Origin: Acidobacteriota bacterium
GTDB taxonomy: Bacteria > Acidobacteriota > Aminicenantia > Aminicenantales > Saccharicenantaceae
Direction: 5' to 3'
Length of the DNA stretch: 64,000 nt
NCBI GenBank assembly: GCA_028749115.1
Contig: JAQURD010000005.1
Span: forward strand, 17,826 to 81,825
The notes under the pieces were generated by a model that was given only the letters and a program-made list of their open reading frames with translations, made no database searches and had not been told where the DNA came from. Position 1 is the first letter of the stretch. The number at the start of each line of letters is the position of its first letter. Position numbers and translations under genes: made by a program. Positions 14,801 to 23,468 of the stretch are shown here, one piece after another.

Positions 14801-15230
14801 TCTGACCGGTCTCATCAGCAATCTGAAGCCGGAATTTTCTTCCTCTCCGCCTTTGCCTCAGGAGGAAATTCTGTCTCTTCTAGCTCTCGGGGAATCATAT
14901 CAAAGGAAATACACGCTTGACAGGACTCAGATGAGCACTGCTTCTTTGATTTCTTCCCAGCTGGCCCGGGGACCAGAAAACCTGTTAAGCCTGGATAGCC
15001 TGAGGCTTGATCCCTTCATCATGAGTACGACTTCCGAGGTAACTGCCCGGCTGACAGTTGGTAAGAGGTTATCTAAGAACTTTTCTATTGTCTATTCGAC
15101 CAATCTGGCTACCCAGCGGGAGGAAATTGTCAGGATTGAATGGGAATTAGAGCGGGGCTTATCACTGGTGGCTATCCGGAATGAGATTGGCCGGATAAGC
15201 ATTGATTTTAAGATCAGGAAAAGGTTTTGA
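11817..15230 (+). CDS. tamB: TamB-like translocation and assembly module protein (DUF490 C-terminus)
   Basis: 1137 aa with an N-terminal membrane anchor and a long beta-rich body. The C-terminus (…LTVGKRLSKNFSIVYSTNLATQREEIVRIEWELERGLSLVAIRNEIGRISIDFKIRKRF) is typical of the TamB/DUF490 terminus. The stop overlaps the next Omp85 gene (ATGA). Confidence 0.7.
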   Translation: MSKWKKRKGLIIAAAVTVFLLLAISLARSFVLKKIGEQLEKSFEIGQIKLSYVPPSLEIKELRSRSSNPAISLESLKVSISIFSLFSKEKRVSAEIERPEVIYNSRIKQVKTEGGSSRPLNLTLNLPLLIEDGYIHHGQFSVSISQGDFHFKDVSAFFRLEAGRLNLLIHSEDMSMRPFSAKWPVSGQLESLVNIRGKTINIERLVFQGEDSALRASGQIKPGSATKVNFKTLFNFDTAFIMSTFNLPFQWEGKATGEATVSNDTGPLVVQVNYKAPDLNLNQVNLGLVEGQVRVEGKKGGQVLAEIKNNNKPVEKAVISYDSRGVFGEFYGFHLDSIMKYASVPWPVASPVWGKFALSHGQLTASAEFRDRIEKEQAGGRRSFRGLVNISLNIPELDLRVESKDLTSSFGQLSINGQILIGRKLDLSIDGQFGDIKEARSFAEKILNENFGFPEIRGAGRSTITLRGDYYHPDVSLNFSCSPAGFERFNVTTARGEVEVKAGQVTGKVYAVDKMFQGEINFKSNNAGTDVKISLERGVLENILPLLAVNFPLKGSTSGEFVYKTEGQKVEFRGDFSASELYLLSTRMEEVNGELRWRENRIEFPRLAFHLNQGVVSGRMALGLADNSYDFDLTADGLELSPFSTSFAGRMETVLKGQGIFGQDRLPGHFTVQEATIYFIKAASVKGDFSLNFLDNNLNIEARGQLLPGDNNYELKLDIPFDRDFIRGEVRGELSRLDFLLPWKGANGSISCLLSFEGPLASPALSGAVEVKGSVLPIPGFAHALNDFSGLAFVKGNQISIRSFQASLGGGQLQVSGQLIFGEKGLDQANIELTGKNMQLSIFEKTRTVADGSLRFLRQGGKNILEGELFFQEVWWGRELWDKLSFSTTAYPGDDSRKAPLSDLNLNVRLRASDNVWMDNSLGRIRARLDLTISGTTLNPVLTGEINALSGTFFFQDRDFKVVKGRLSFFNPLVIDPYIDFQGETYVKDYHVVFNLTGLISNLKPEFSSSPPLPQEEILSLLALGESYQRKYTLDRTQMSTASLISSQLARGPENLLSLDSLRLDPFIMSTTSEVTARLTVGKRLSKNFSIVYSTNLATQREEIVRIEWELERGLSLVAIRNEIGRISIDFKIRKRF

Positions 15231-17956
15231 TGGCGAAGACTGGCCGGGCCGGATTGTTGCTTATCTTTTTACTAGCCGTTTTTTTCCTGCCTCTTCTGGG
15301 TGACGAGCCGCCGGTCATTGGCCAGGTCAATGTTCTAGTGGACGGCTGGCCGGCAGATGAGGCGATTGTCAATCTGGTTGGCGTAAAGCCTGGCCAGTCT
15401 CTATCTGATTATCAACTTGATCAGATTTTAAAGCGTCTGATGAAAACCGGGTTTTATGCCGGTGCTAACATCTATAAGAGCCATGAGCAGCCACCATCTC
15501 TGACTTTTAATCTAATCAGAAATACCATGATTAAAAGCCTGAAAATTTCTGCTCCTTCCGGGCTGGCTCGTGCCATAAAGAGAGGTCTGACCTATTTAAA
15601 AGAGGGCGGCAGCCTGAATGAGTCGGTTCAAAACACAGCCCTCCAGGAGATAGAAGAAATTCTTAGAGAGGAAGGCTGCTTTTACCCCAGAATTGAATTC
15701 GAAACTAAAAAAATAGAAAACTCCAATCTGGCTGAAGTGGAAATAAAGCTGACTGACTGGAAAAGATTGGTTATTGGCCGGCTGGAAATTGAAGGTAAAA
15801 ATATTTTACCCGAGGATGAATTTGAAAAGCTCCTCGGGCTGAAATCTGGAGACTATTATCTGCCCAAAAAACTGGCTGGTGGCTTAACCAGGATTAAAAA
15901 AGCCTATAACGAACAGGGTTACCGCTGGGCAGAGATCAGGCTGGGCTCAGAGTCTGATCATCAGGCCGAAGGCACCGTTGACTTGAGGATTTTTATTGAT
16001 CCATCAGTTAGAATCCATCTGGAGATAACCGGTGCTGATCTGCCTGTCAAACTGATTCAGCCTGTCTGGGAGCAAAAGGTATTTGAAGAGTGGGCTCTGG
16101 CTGAGGGTGAAACTATTTTGCTTAAACATCTCAGAAAGCAAGGCTATATTCTGGCTACAGTTAGATCAAAAGTTGAAAGGAAAGAAAATGATCTTTATGT
16201 CATCTACCAGGTTCATCAGGGAACAAAATTTGATATTAGTGAAGTCCAGTTCAAAGGAAATGTGGCTTTTAATGAGAAAAGTTTGAAAAAAGCCCTCGGC
16301 CTGGGAGAAAAAGTTTTATTTTTCCCTTATTTAGATGGGCAGGAGATATACGAATTACCGGAAAGGATAATTTCCTTTTATGAACGGCAGGGGTTTGCTC
16401 AGGCCAAAGCCGGACTGAATTTTGTCAGGCGAGGCAATTCTATCCGTCCGGTTATTTTTATAGAAGAAGGCCCGCAGCAGATGATAAAAAGTCTGGAAAT
16501 TCAGGGTAACCGTTCTATCGATAACCAGGAAATCATGGAACAGATAAAAGCCAGGCCAGAAAAACCTTATTATCGGCCGGATCTGCAAAAGGACTTAGAA
16601 AAAATTAATTTGCTTTACCTCAACAGAGGTTTCAGGGGAACCGAAATCAACCTGGAAACAGCATCAGGCAATGATCATAATTTTGACCTGGTTATAAAGA
16701 TAGCTGAAGGCCAGAGAATGAAAGTGGCGAATATTTTTATCAGCGGTTTTCAACAGACAAAGAAAAAAATAATTCAGAAAGAAGTCAAGCTGAAGCCGGG
16801 AGATTGGGCTGAATATAACAAATTACAGGAAACAAAAAGGGGCCTGGACAGCCTGGGCATCTTTTCTGAGGTTAAAGTTGAAGAACTGGCCGGCGGGCCA
16901 GAGACAGTCAATGTTTCTATTCAGGTGAGAGAAGGAGCACAGAATTATGGCGGCCTGGGACTTGGCCTGGAAACCAGGGATGAGGTTAGAACTATCGCTC
17001 TCTGGCAAAATGGCCTCCGGCCAAGAATAACAGCTGAATATCTGGGATCAAATTTTTTCCGGAATGCCTCGCAATTCAGTCTGGTCGGCCAGTTGAGTTT
17101 GGTGGATAAAAGGCTGGTTGGCACCTATCAACAGCCTTATATTTTCGGTTTAAAAATGAGAACCTTTTTGACTGGTTATCTTGAAGAAGAAGACCGGACC
17201 AGTTTTGATTATCGCCGGCGAGGTTTCAGCCTGTCAACTATAAAAAATCTGTTCAGCCATTTTTCTTTGTCTTTAGCCGGAGGTGCTCTGAAGACCTGGC
17301 AGATCAATGTTGATCCGGCGATCACTCCCTCGGAGGTCGAAAGAGAAAGGCTCCCCTATTCCATAGCTTATGTTTCCACGACTTTTATTAACGATACCAG
17401 AAATGATACTTTTAATCCGGAAAGAGGTTACTTTTTAAGTCTGGCTCTGGAAAAAGCTTTTCCACTTTTCCACACTGAGTCTGATTTTTTCAGGCTCTTT
17501 ACTAAATTTCAGTATTTTTACCCCTTCAGTCCCAATATCAACTTTCATACAACTATTAGATTTGGACTGGCTTCGGGCCTTGTCCCCATCCCGGAAAAGT
17601 TTTTTGCTGGCGGCAGCAATTCTTTCCGCGGGACTTCTTTTGAAAAGCTCGGTCCTTTAAATCCGGAGTCAGGTCTGCCGTTGGGAGGCAATACTATTTT
17701 TCTTTTCAATATGGAAGCCAGGTTCAGGCTGATCAAAAGCTTGCCTGGTCTTTATGGAGCAGTTTTTTATGATATGGGAAATGTCTTTGCAGAATTGAAA
17801 GATTTTAATTTTCTGGAAATAAGGCAGGCCGTTGGACTCGGTCTCTGCTTAAAAACACCACTTGGTCCGATAAGATTTGACATGGGCTGGAATCTGAATG
17901 CTAATAAAAAAAGATGGAAGCCTCTTTTCTTTTTAACTATAGGAAATATGTTCTGA
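15227..17956 (+). CDS. bamA: Omp85-family outer membrane protein assembly factor (BamA/TamA-like)
   Basis: 909 aa with a signal peptide, repeated POTRA-like (polypeptide-transport-associated) modules, a C-terminal beta-barrel with alternating aromatic pattern, and a terminal Phe (…TIGNMF). Confidence 0.8.
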   Translation: MMAKTGRAGLLLIFLLAVFFLPLLGDEPPVIGQVNVLVDGWPADEAIVNLVGVKPGQSLSDYQLDQILKRLMKTGFYAGANIYKSHEQPPSLTFNLIRNTMIKSLKISAPSGLARAIKRGLTYLKEGGSLNESVQNTALQEIEEILREEGCFYPRIEFETKKIENSNLAEVEIKLTDWKRLVIGRLEIEGKNILPEDEFEKLLGLKSGDYYLPKKLAGGLTRIKKAYNEQGYRWAEIRLGSESDHQAEGTVDLRIFIDPSVRIHLEITGADLPVKLIQPVWEQKVFEEWALAEGETILLKHLRKQGYILATVRSKVERKENDLYVIYQVHQGTKFDISEVQFKGNVAFNEKSLKKALGLGEKVLFFPYLDGQEIYELPERIISFYERQGFAQAKAGLNFVRRGNSIRPVIFIEEGPQQMIKSLEIQGNRSIDNQEIMEQIKARPEKPYYRPDLQKDLEKINLLYLNRGFRGTEINLETASGNDHNFDLVIKIAEGQRMKVANIFISGFQQTKKKIIQKEVKLKPGDWAEYNKLQETKRGLDSLGIFSEVKVEELAGGPETVNVSIQVREGAQNYGGLGLGLETRDEVRTIALWQNGLRPRITAEYLGSNFFRNASQFSLVGQLSLVDKRLVGTYQQPYIFGLKMRTFLTGYLEEEDRTSFDYRRRGFSLSTIKNLFSHFSLSLAGGALKTWQINVDPAITPSEVERERLPYSIAYVSTTFINDTRNDTFNPERGYFLSLALEKAFPLFHTESDFFRLFTKFQYFYPFSPNINFHTTIRFGLASGLVPIPEKFFAGGSNSFRGTSFEKLGPLNPESGLPLGGNTIFLFNMEARFRLIKSLPGLYGAVFYDMGNVFAELKDFNFLEIRQAVGLGLCLKTPLGPIRFDMGWNLNANKKRWKPLFFLTIGNMF

Positions 17957-17968
17957 GCGAGGTTTGGA

Positions 17969-18667
17969 ATGAATAGTAATAGTTTCAGCCAGACAAAAAA
18001 GATCGACTGGAAATCGATGACCGGCTTGCTCGTTATCTTCTTGCTTCCTTCCTTAGCAGGCGCCCAGGTTCTGATTAATTGTCTGGTGGCCAAGGTAGAT
18101 GAAGCTCCAGTTTCCCTTTATGATTTAAAAGTCGTTAGCCTGTTTGGCCTTGAGCCCCGCCTGGCTCAGACAGAGTTTCCTTTAGGAAAAGAAGATCTAA
18201 TCAATATATATATAGATGAGCTGCTGGTTCTCAATTTAACCAGGGAACAAATTAGCCTCAGCCGTGAAGAAATTGACCAGGAAATAGATCGAGTAAAAAT
18301 CAGGCTGGGTAGCGAGGCATTTGAAGAAAAATGTCAGGCTCTTGGCCTGGAGGTTGAAGATCTTTTCCCTTATATTGAGAATAAACTTCTTTTTGAAAAA
18401 ATAATTAATTCAAGATTTAGCCAGAAAGTTCATATTTCACTCCAGGAGCTGGAAGATTACTATCATCATACTTATGTGCCTGAGGCCATAGCTAAGGGGC
18501 AGGAAGTGCCGGAGATGATTAGTGTTATAACTGAAATTGAGAACAAATTACAGATGATAAAAGCCAGGGAAGAGCTAACTCAATGGATGAAGGAACTCAG
18601 GCAAAAGGCCAGGGTAATTATCAATCGCGATTGTCTGGAAAAAGTTGAAATTAAGGAGGAGAGATGA
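17969..18667 (+). CDS. Periplasmic chaperone, SurA N-terminal-domain-like (no PPIase domain)
   Basis: Signal peptide plus a helical chaperone-like domain with the pattern …APVSLYDLKVVSLFGLEPRL…. Position is directly downstream of the Omp85 gene. No parvulin domain is present. The assignment is an inference from context and composition. Confidence 0.4.
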   Translation: MNSNSFSQTKKIDWKSMTGLLVIFLLPSLAGAQVLINCLVAKVDEAPVSLYDLKVVSLFGLEPRLAQTEFPLGKEDLINIYIDELLVLNLTREQISLSREEIDQEIDRVKIRLGSEAFEEKCQALGLEVEDLFPYIENKLLFEKIINSRFSQKVHISLQELEDYYHHTYVPEAIAKGQEVPEMISVITEIENKLQMIKAREELTQWMKELRQKARVIINRDCLEKVEIKEER

Positions 18668-19593
18668 AAACTAGATTGTTTCTATTTCCCGGACAGGGTT
18701 CACAGGCCGTGGGCATGGGAAAAGATTTTTATGAAAGAAGCCAGGAAGCCAGAGAAATATTCAGACAGGCCGATGACCTTCTTGGCTTCAGCCTGTCAGA
18801 ACTATGTTTTAATGGACCAGAAGAAGAATTAAGGTTGACTGCCAACACTCAGCCTGCTCTCTTGACGGTGAGTTATTTAGCTTACCGGCTTCTTGGTGAA
18901 AAACCTGATCTGGCTGCTGGACACAGTCTGGGAGAATATTCGGCCCTGGTGGCTGCTGGCAGCCTGAGTTTTGAACAGGCCCTAAAACTGGTGGTTAACA
19001 GAGGTAAATATATGATGGAAGCTGTGCCGCCAGGACTGGGGACAATGGCCGCCATTATGGGTTTAGAATACGGGAAAATTGAGGAGGTGCTTAAAGAAGT
19101 AAAGAGCGGCCTGGTGCAAGTAGCTAACTGGAATTCAGATGAACAGATCGTCATTGCCGGAGAGAAAAAAGCAGTGGAAGAGGCCATTAACAAACTCCAG
19201 GCCCCGCGTTCAGTTTATCTCCAAGTCAGCGGTCCGTTTCATACCAGGCTGATGACGCCGGCGGCTGAAAAACTTAAGGCTGAACTCGAGCTGGTAACCA
19301 TCAAAGATCCTGCTTTCCCGGTTATTTCCAATTTCACGGCTCAAATGATGACGACTGCCGCCGAAGTCAAAGAATCTCTCTCGCAGCAGATAATCAATCC
19401 TGTTCTCTGGTACCCGTCAATGATGAAGGCGGCCGGGCAGGGAGTCGAAGTAGCCATTGAGTTTGGCACGGGAAAAGTTCTGACAGGCTTGCTGAAAAGA
19501 ATTTCTCGCCGCTGGCCCAAAGCTCCTGCTCTGTATAATATTGAGAATTGGGCTTCAATGGAAAAAGTCAGACAGGCTGAATCAGGAAGATGA
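18664..19593 (+). CDS. fabD: Malonyl CoA-acyl carrier protein transacylase
   Basis: FPGQGSQAVGMG…GHSLGEYSALVAAG active-site Ser motif and overall FabD length (309 aa). Confidence 0.9.
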   Translation: MKTRLFLFPGQGSQAVGMGKDFYERSQEAREIFRQADDLLGFSLSELCFNGPEEELRLTANTQPALLTVSYLAYRLLGEKPDLAAGHSLGEYSALVAAGSLSFEQALKLVVNRGKYMMEAVPPGLGTMAAIMGLEYGKIEEVLKEVKSGLVQVANWNSDEQIVIAGEKKAVEEAINKLQAPRSVYLQVSGPFHTRLMTPAAEKLKAELELVTIKDPAFPVISNFTAQMMTTAAEVKESLSQQIINPVLWYPSMMKAAGQGVEVAIEFGTGKVLTGLLKRISRRWPKAPALYNIENWASMEKVRQAESGR

Positions 19594-20133
19594 ATCCCGC
19601 GAAAGAACCTGCGGGCCAAAACGGGCAAAGTATTCGGCGGCTGAGAAGACAGCCATGGCAACGATCAGCCAGAGTCCCGCTGTTCTGGCAAGTTTATATA
19701 TTATACCCATGCGATCAGGGCCAAGAATCAAAATAGCGATGGTGACGGTTTCTAAAAGCATTTTTACTTTACCCCAGCCAGAAGCTGGTATATTACAACC
19801 GCGTGAGGCTGCTATGGCCCGGAAGCCAGTCACTGCGATTTCCCGGCCAATAATAATGATAGCTATCCAGGAAGCAACAACATGAGTCTCAACCAGGCAG
19901 ATTAAAGCGGAAGCAATCAGCAATTTATCAGCTGTTGGATCAAGCAAGGAGCCAAGGACAGTTGTCATCTTTTTCCTTCTAGCCCAGAAGCCGTCAAACA
20001 GATCAGTCAGGCAGGCAAAAATGAAGATAGCAAAGGCAGCTATCTCCTGCCCGGGAAACGGGGTTAGCATAATGACCACCAGGACAGGTACAGCCACTAT
20101 CCTGGTAATGGTCAAGAGCATGGGCATATTCAT
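19582..20133 (-). CDS. pgsA: CDP-diacylglycerol--glycerol-3-phosphate 3-phosphatidyltransferase
   Basis: CDP-alcohol phosphatidyltransferase motif DLFDGFWARRKKMTTVLGSLLDPTADKLL and multiple transmembrane segments. 3' end converges on, and overlaps, fabD by 12 nt. Confidence 0.85.
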   Translation of the reverse strand: MNMPMLLTITRIVAVPVLVVIMLTPFPGQEIAAFAIFIFACLTDLFDGFWARRKKMTTVLGSLLDPTADKLLIASALICLVETHVVASWIAIIIIGREIAVTGFRAIAASRGCNIPASGWGKVKMLLETVTIAILILGPDRMGIIYKLARTAGLWLIVAMAVFSAAEYFARFGPQVLSRDSSS

Positions 20134-20278
20134 ATATCTGCATCCTGGCTTATGATCAGTTTTCTATACTAAAACTTAAGATAGCAATTGTCAATTGATA
20201 TTTACGGCCAGCCCAAGCTATCTGGTTGAAAAATCAAGCAGGTAATAATATAGTTTAGAAGACATAAAGGGCAATGAC

Positions 20279-22969
20279 ATGTTAAAAAAGGATGACAGCC
20301 AGACTCCGATGATGGAGCAGTATCAAAGAATCAAAGCCAGCTACCGGGATTGCCTGTTGTTTTTCCGGCTCGGTGATTTTTATGAGATGTTTTATGAGGA
20401 TGCTTATACCGGTTCTCAAGTTCTTGGCATTGCTCTGACCTCCAGACAAAATGTTCCCATGTGCGGAGTCCCTTATCATGCCGTCAATTCATATTTAGCC
20501 AGGCTTCTCAAAGCTGGCTACCGGGTGGCCATCTGTGAGCAGGTAGAGGACCCGCGTCTGGCCAGAGGTGTGGTCAAAAGAGAAGTGCTCAAAGTGCTGA
20601 CACCTGGAACTGCCATTGAAATTGAAACTGACGAACGAGGAGAGAATTACGGCGTGCTGAGTCTTATCCAGGGAGAGGAGGGCTGGGGCCTGGCTTATGC
20701 TGATTTATTCACCGGCCAGATCAGTGCCCTTGAAGGTAAGCTGTCAGACAGGAAATTAATGCTGGATGAAATTTTCCGCTTTTCTCCAAAGGAGATAGTT
20801 TACCGGGAGGTTGACGAGGCTGGTCTGAAAGAAATCCTGGCTGGCAGCGACTTTTTGACGCTGGCCATGAGCTCTCTTGACGGTTGGACTTTTGAGTATT
20901 CACAAGCCATGTCATCTTTGCTTGAGCACTATCAGGTGGCTTCTCTGGAAGGATTTGGACTGAAGGATAAACCACTGGCTACCCGGGCAGCCGGTGGATT
21001 ACTCTACTACTTGAAAAAAAACAGGCATGAATCTATTAACTTCATCAAGCGGCTGACTTTCGTTCAAGTGAGTCAGACTATGGTACTGGACTCAACTGCT
21101 GTCAGGAACCTGGAGTTAATCAAAAATTTAAGGACTGGCCAGGTGAACGAATCGCTCCTGGGAGTTATTGACTATACTCTGACTTCACCCGGAGCCAGAT
21201 TGTTAAAAAACTGGTTATTACACCCCCTGCTCGATCAGCAGGAGATAGCAGGCCGGCAAGAGGCGGTGGAAGAAGCAGTTCAAAAACCAATTGTCAGGCA
21301 GGAAATAAGAAATCAGCTAAAAAAGATACTGGATATAGAAAGGCTGATCACCAGGATTTCAGTGGGAGCAGCCAATCCACGGGATCTGGTGGCTTTAAAA
21401 AAATCTCTCCAGCCACTGCCTGACATTGAAATCCAGTTGAAAAAATTTTCTGCCATTTATTTCCTTGAGATGCAGGCCAGGTGGGATAAGGCTGAAGATC
21501 TGGTCTCTCTTCTGGACCGGGCAATTCTGGATGAGCCGGCTTTTTTACTGCAGGAAGGTGGTATCATCAGGGATGGTTACGACTCTGAACTTGATAGCCT
21601 GAGGGCAATAAGCCACTCAGGCAAGAGCTTTATCACTCAAATAGAAAAAAAGGAAAGGGAGAGAACAGGTATTGCCTCGCTTAAAGTCCGGTATAATAAA
21701 GTTTTCGGTTATTATTTAGAGATAACCAAAGCCAATCTGTCAGCCGTCCCGGGCGATTATGAGCGGAAACAAACCCTGGTCAATAGCGAAAGATTTATTA
21801 CTCCTGAATTGAAAGAATATGAAGAGCGGGTTCTCCGGGCTGAAGCCAGAATCAATGAATTAGAATATGAGCTTTTTCTGAAGATTAGAGAGGAAATTGG
21901 ACGGGAAGCAGCCAGATTGCAGCAAATTGGGCAGAGTTTAGCCCAGCTCGATGTTATCCTGAGTCTGGCTGAACTGGCCCATGAAAGGAATTACCGGCGG
22001 CCAGAGGTGGACAGCAGCCAGGTTATTTCTATTACGGCTGGCCGTCACCCGGTCATTGAGGTAATTCAAAAGGAGCCTTTTATCCCCAATGATAGTTATC
22101 TTGATGGGGACGATCATCAGGTTCTAATCATTACCGGCCCCAATATGGGCGGCAAATCGACCTATCTAAGGCAGGTTGCTCTGATCTGTATACTGGCTCA
22201 GATTGGCTCTTTTGTTCCAGCGGAGGCAGCCAGAATCGGGCTGGTGGACAGGATATTTACCCGGGTCGGGGCGACTGATTATCTGACTGCCGGGCAATCG
22301 ACTTTCATGGTTGAAATGGTAGAAACAGCTAACATTTTAAACAGTGCTACTGGCCGCAGCCTGCTGCTGCTCGATGAGGTCGGGCGGGGAACAAGTACTT
22401 TTGACGGCTTGAGCCTGGCCTGGGCCATTGCCGAATATCTGCATCAGATGGAAAATATCAGGCCAAAAACCTTATTTGCCACTCATTATCACGAGTTAAC
22501 TGAGCTGGCTTCGACTTTCCCCCGGATAAAAAATTATCATGTGGCGGTGAAAGAATCACAGGGGAACGTCATTTTTCTCAGAAAGATTTGCCCCGGGCCT
22601 TCTGACCGTAGTTATGGACTGCAGGTGGCCAGACTGGCCGGCCTGCCGCCTGGTGTTATCAGGCGGGCCAGGGAAATTCTCTATAACCTGGAAAAACTGG
22701 AAATTGATGAACAGGGAAAACCGCGGCTGGCCTATCATCAAAATAATAACCAGCAGCCTGATCAACTCTGGTTGTTTGGTGATGACCGGGAATTGTCTTC
22801 TCTGAGAGACATGAAACAGAAATTGCTGGAGCTTGACCCCGACCACCTGACGCCAATTCAGGCTCTTGAATTACTGCATGACTTGAAGGAAGAACTGATC
22901 AAATCAAATCTATCTCATGAATCATCAGATTCATCATCAAAGTCCAGATCTTCTTCAAAATCATCATAA
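20279..22969 (+). CDS. mutS: DNA mismatch repair protein MutS (with an unusual Ser-rich C-terminal extension)
   Basis: Mismatch-binding N-terminus (GDFYEMF), Walker A GPNMGGKSTYLRQ, and STFMVEM…DEVGRGTST motifs. The last roughly 22 aa (SHESSDSSSKSRSSSKSS) extend beyond the conserved C-terminus and overlap a convergent gene. Confidence 0.93.
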   Translation: MLKKDDSQTPMMEQYQRIKASYRDCLLFFRLGDFYEMFYEDAYTGSQVLGIALTSRQNVPMCGVPYHAVNSYLARLLKAGYRVAICEQVEDPRLARGVVKREVLKVLTPGTAIEIETDERGENYGVLSLIQGEEGWGLAYADLFTGQISALEGKLSDRKLMLDEIFRFSPKEIVYREVDEAGLKEILAGSDFLTLAMSSLDGWTFEYSQAMSSLLEHYQVASLEGFGLKDKPLATRAAGGLLYYLKKNRHESINFIKRLTFVQVSQTMVLDSTAVRNLELIKNLRTGQVNESLLGVIDYTLTSPGARLLKNWLLHPLLDQQEIAGRQEAVEEAVQKPIVRQEIRNQLKKILDIERLITRISVGAANPRDLVALKKSLQPLPDIEIQLKKFSAIYFLEMQARWDKAEDLVSLLDRAILDEPAFLLQEGGIIRDGYDSELDSLRAISHSGKSFITQIEKKERERTGIASLKVRYNKVFGYYLEITKANLSAVPGDYERKQTLVNSERFITPELKEYEERVLRAEARINELEYELFLKIREEIGREAARLQQIGQSLAQLDVILSLAELAHERNYRRPEVDSSQVISITAGRHPVIEVIQKEPFIPNDSYLDGDDHQVLIITGPNMGGKSTYLRQVALICILAQIGSFVPAEAARIGLVDRIFTRVGATDYLTAGQSTFMVEMVETANILNSATGRSLLLLDEVGRGTSTFDGLSLAWAIAEYLHQMENIRPKTLFATHYHELTELASTFPRIKNYHVAVKESQGNVIFLRKICPGPSDRSYGLQVARLAGLPPGVIRRAREILYNLEKLEIDEQGKPRLAYHQNNNQQPDQLWLFGDDRELSSLRDMKQKLLELDPDHLTPIQALELLHDLKEELIKSNLSHESSDSSSKSRSSSKSS

Positions 22970-23229
22970 TCTTCATCATCATTCAGCCAGGCCTCATCCT
23001 GGCCATTTCTTCTTTGTTCGATGGCCTCTGCCAGCTCATCTTCATCGGCATAACGCCTTAGATAATTGGCGCCGGCAGCACTGTATCCCAGCTCCAGATA
23101 GTCTTCATCCAGAACACAGAAAACATACATTTCTTGATCAGAATGAAGATCGCCAATCGTCTCCACCATCTCGGCTGCCTTTTTTAAGGCATCAAGTGTT
23201 GTCCAACTTGATATTTCTATTTCTTCCAT
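22915..23229 (-). CDS. Small hyper-acidic hypothetical protein (104 aa)
   Basis: The ATG at 23229 is preceded by GGAG at optimal spacing. The N-terminal roughly 60 aa have ordinary globular composition, followed by a DDEDYDDFEEDLDFDDESDDS tail. The tail coding region is antisense to the mutS 3' extension. No family recognised. Confidence 0.45.
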   Translation of the reverse strand: MEEIEISSWTTLDALKKAAEMVETIGDLHSDQEMYVFCVLDEDYLELGYSAAGANYLRRYADEDELAEAIEQRRNGQDEAWLNDDEDYDDFEEDLDFDDESDDS

Positions 23230-23468
23230 GCCATTCTCCACCAGAAGAAAATATTTATTTTTTATATCTTGTCAAGGGGGCTGAAGGAAAAATTTATCCT
23301 GGTCTGTCAGACAAAGGTGAACCGGGGCGGGGGGTATTTACCATTCCAAAGAATAAGGGTAAAATTTATAAAAGAAAACTAGTGATTTAAACCAGAGGTT
23401 ATAAATAGACCAGGCTTTTTGACAGTCAGAAGCAAATGACCTAACTTTAGTAAAAAAGGAGATTAATT

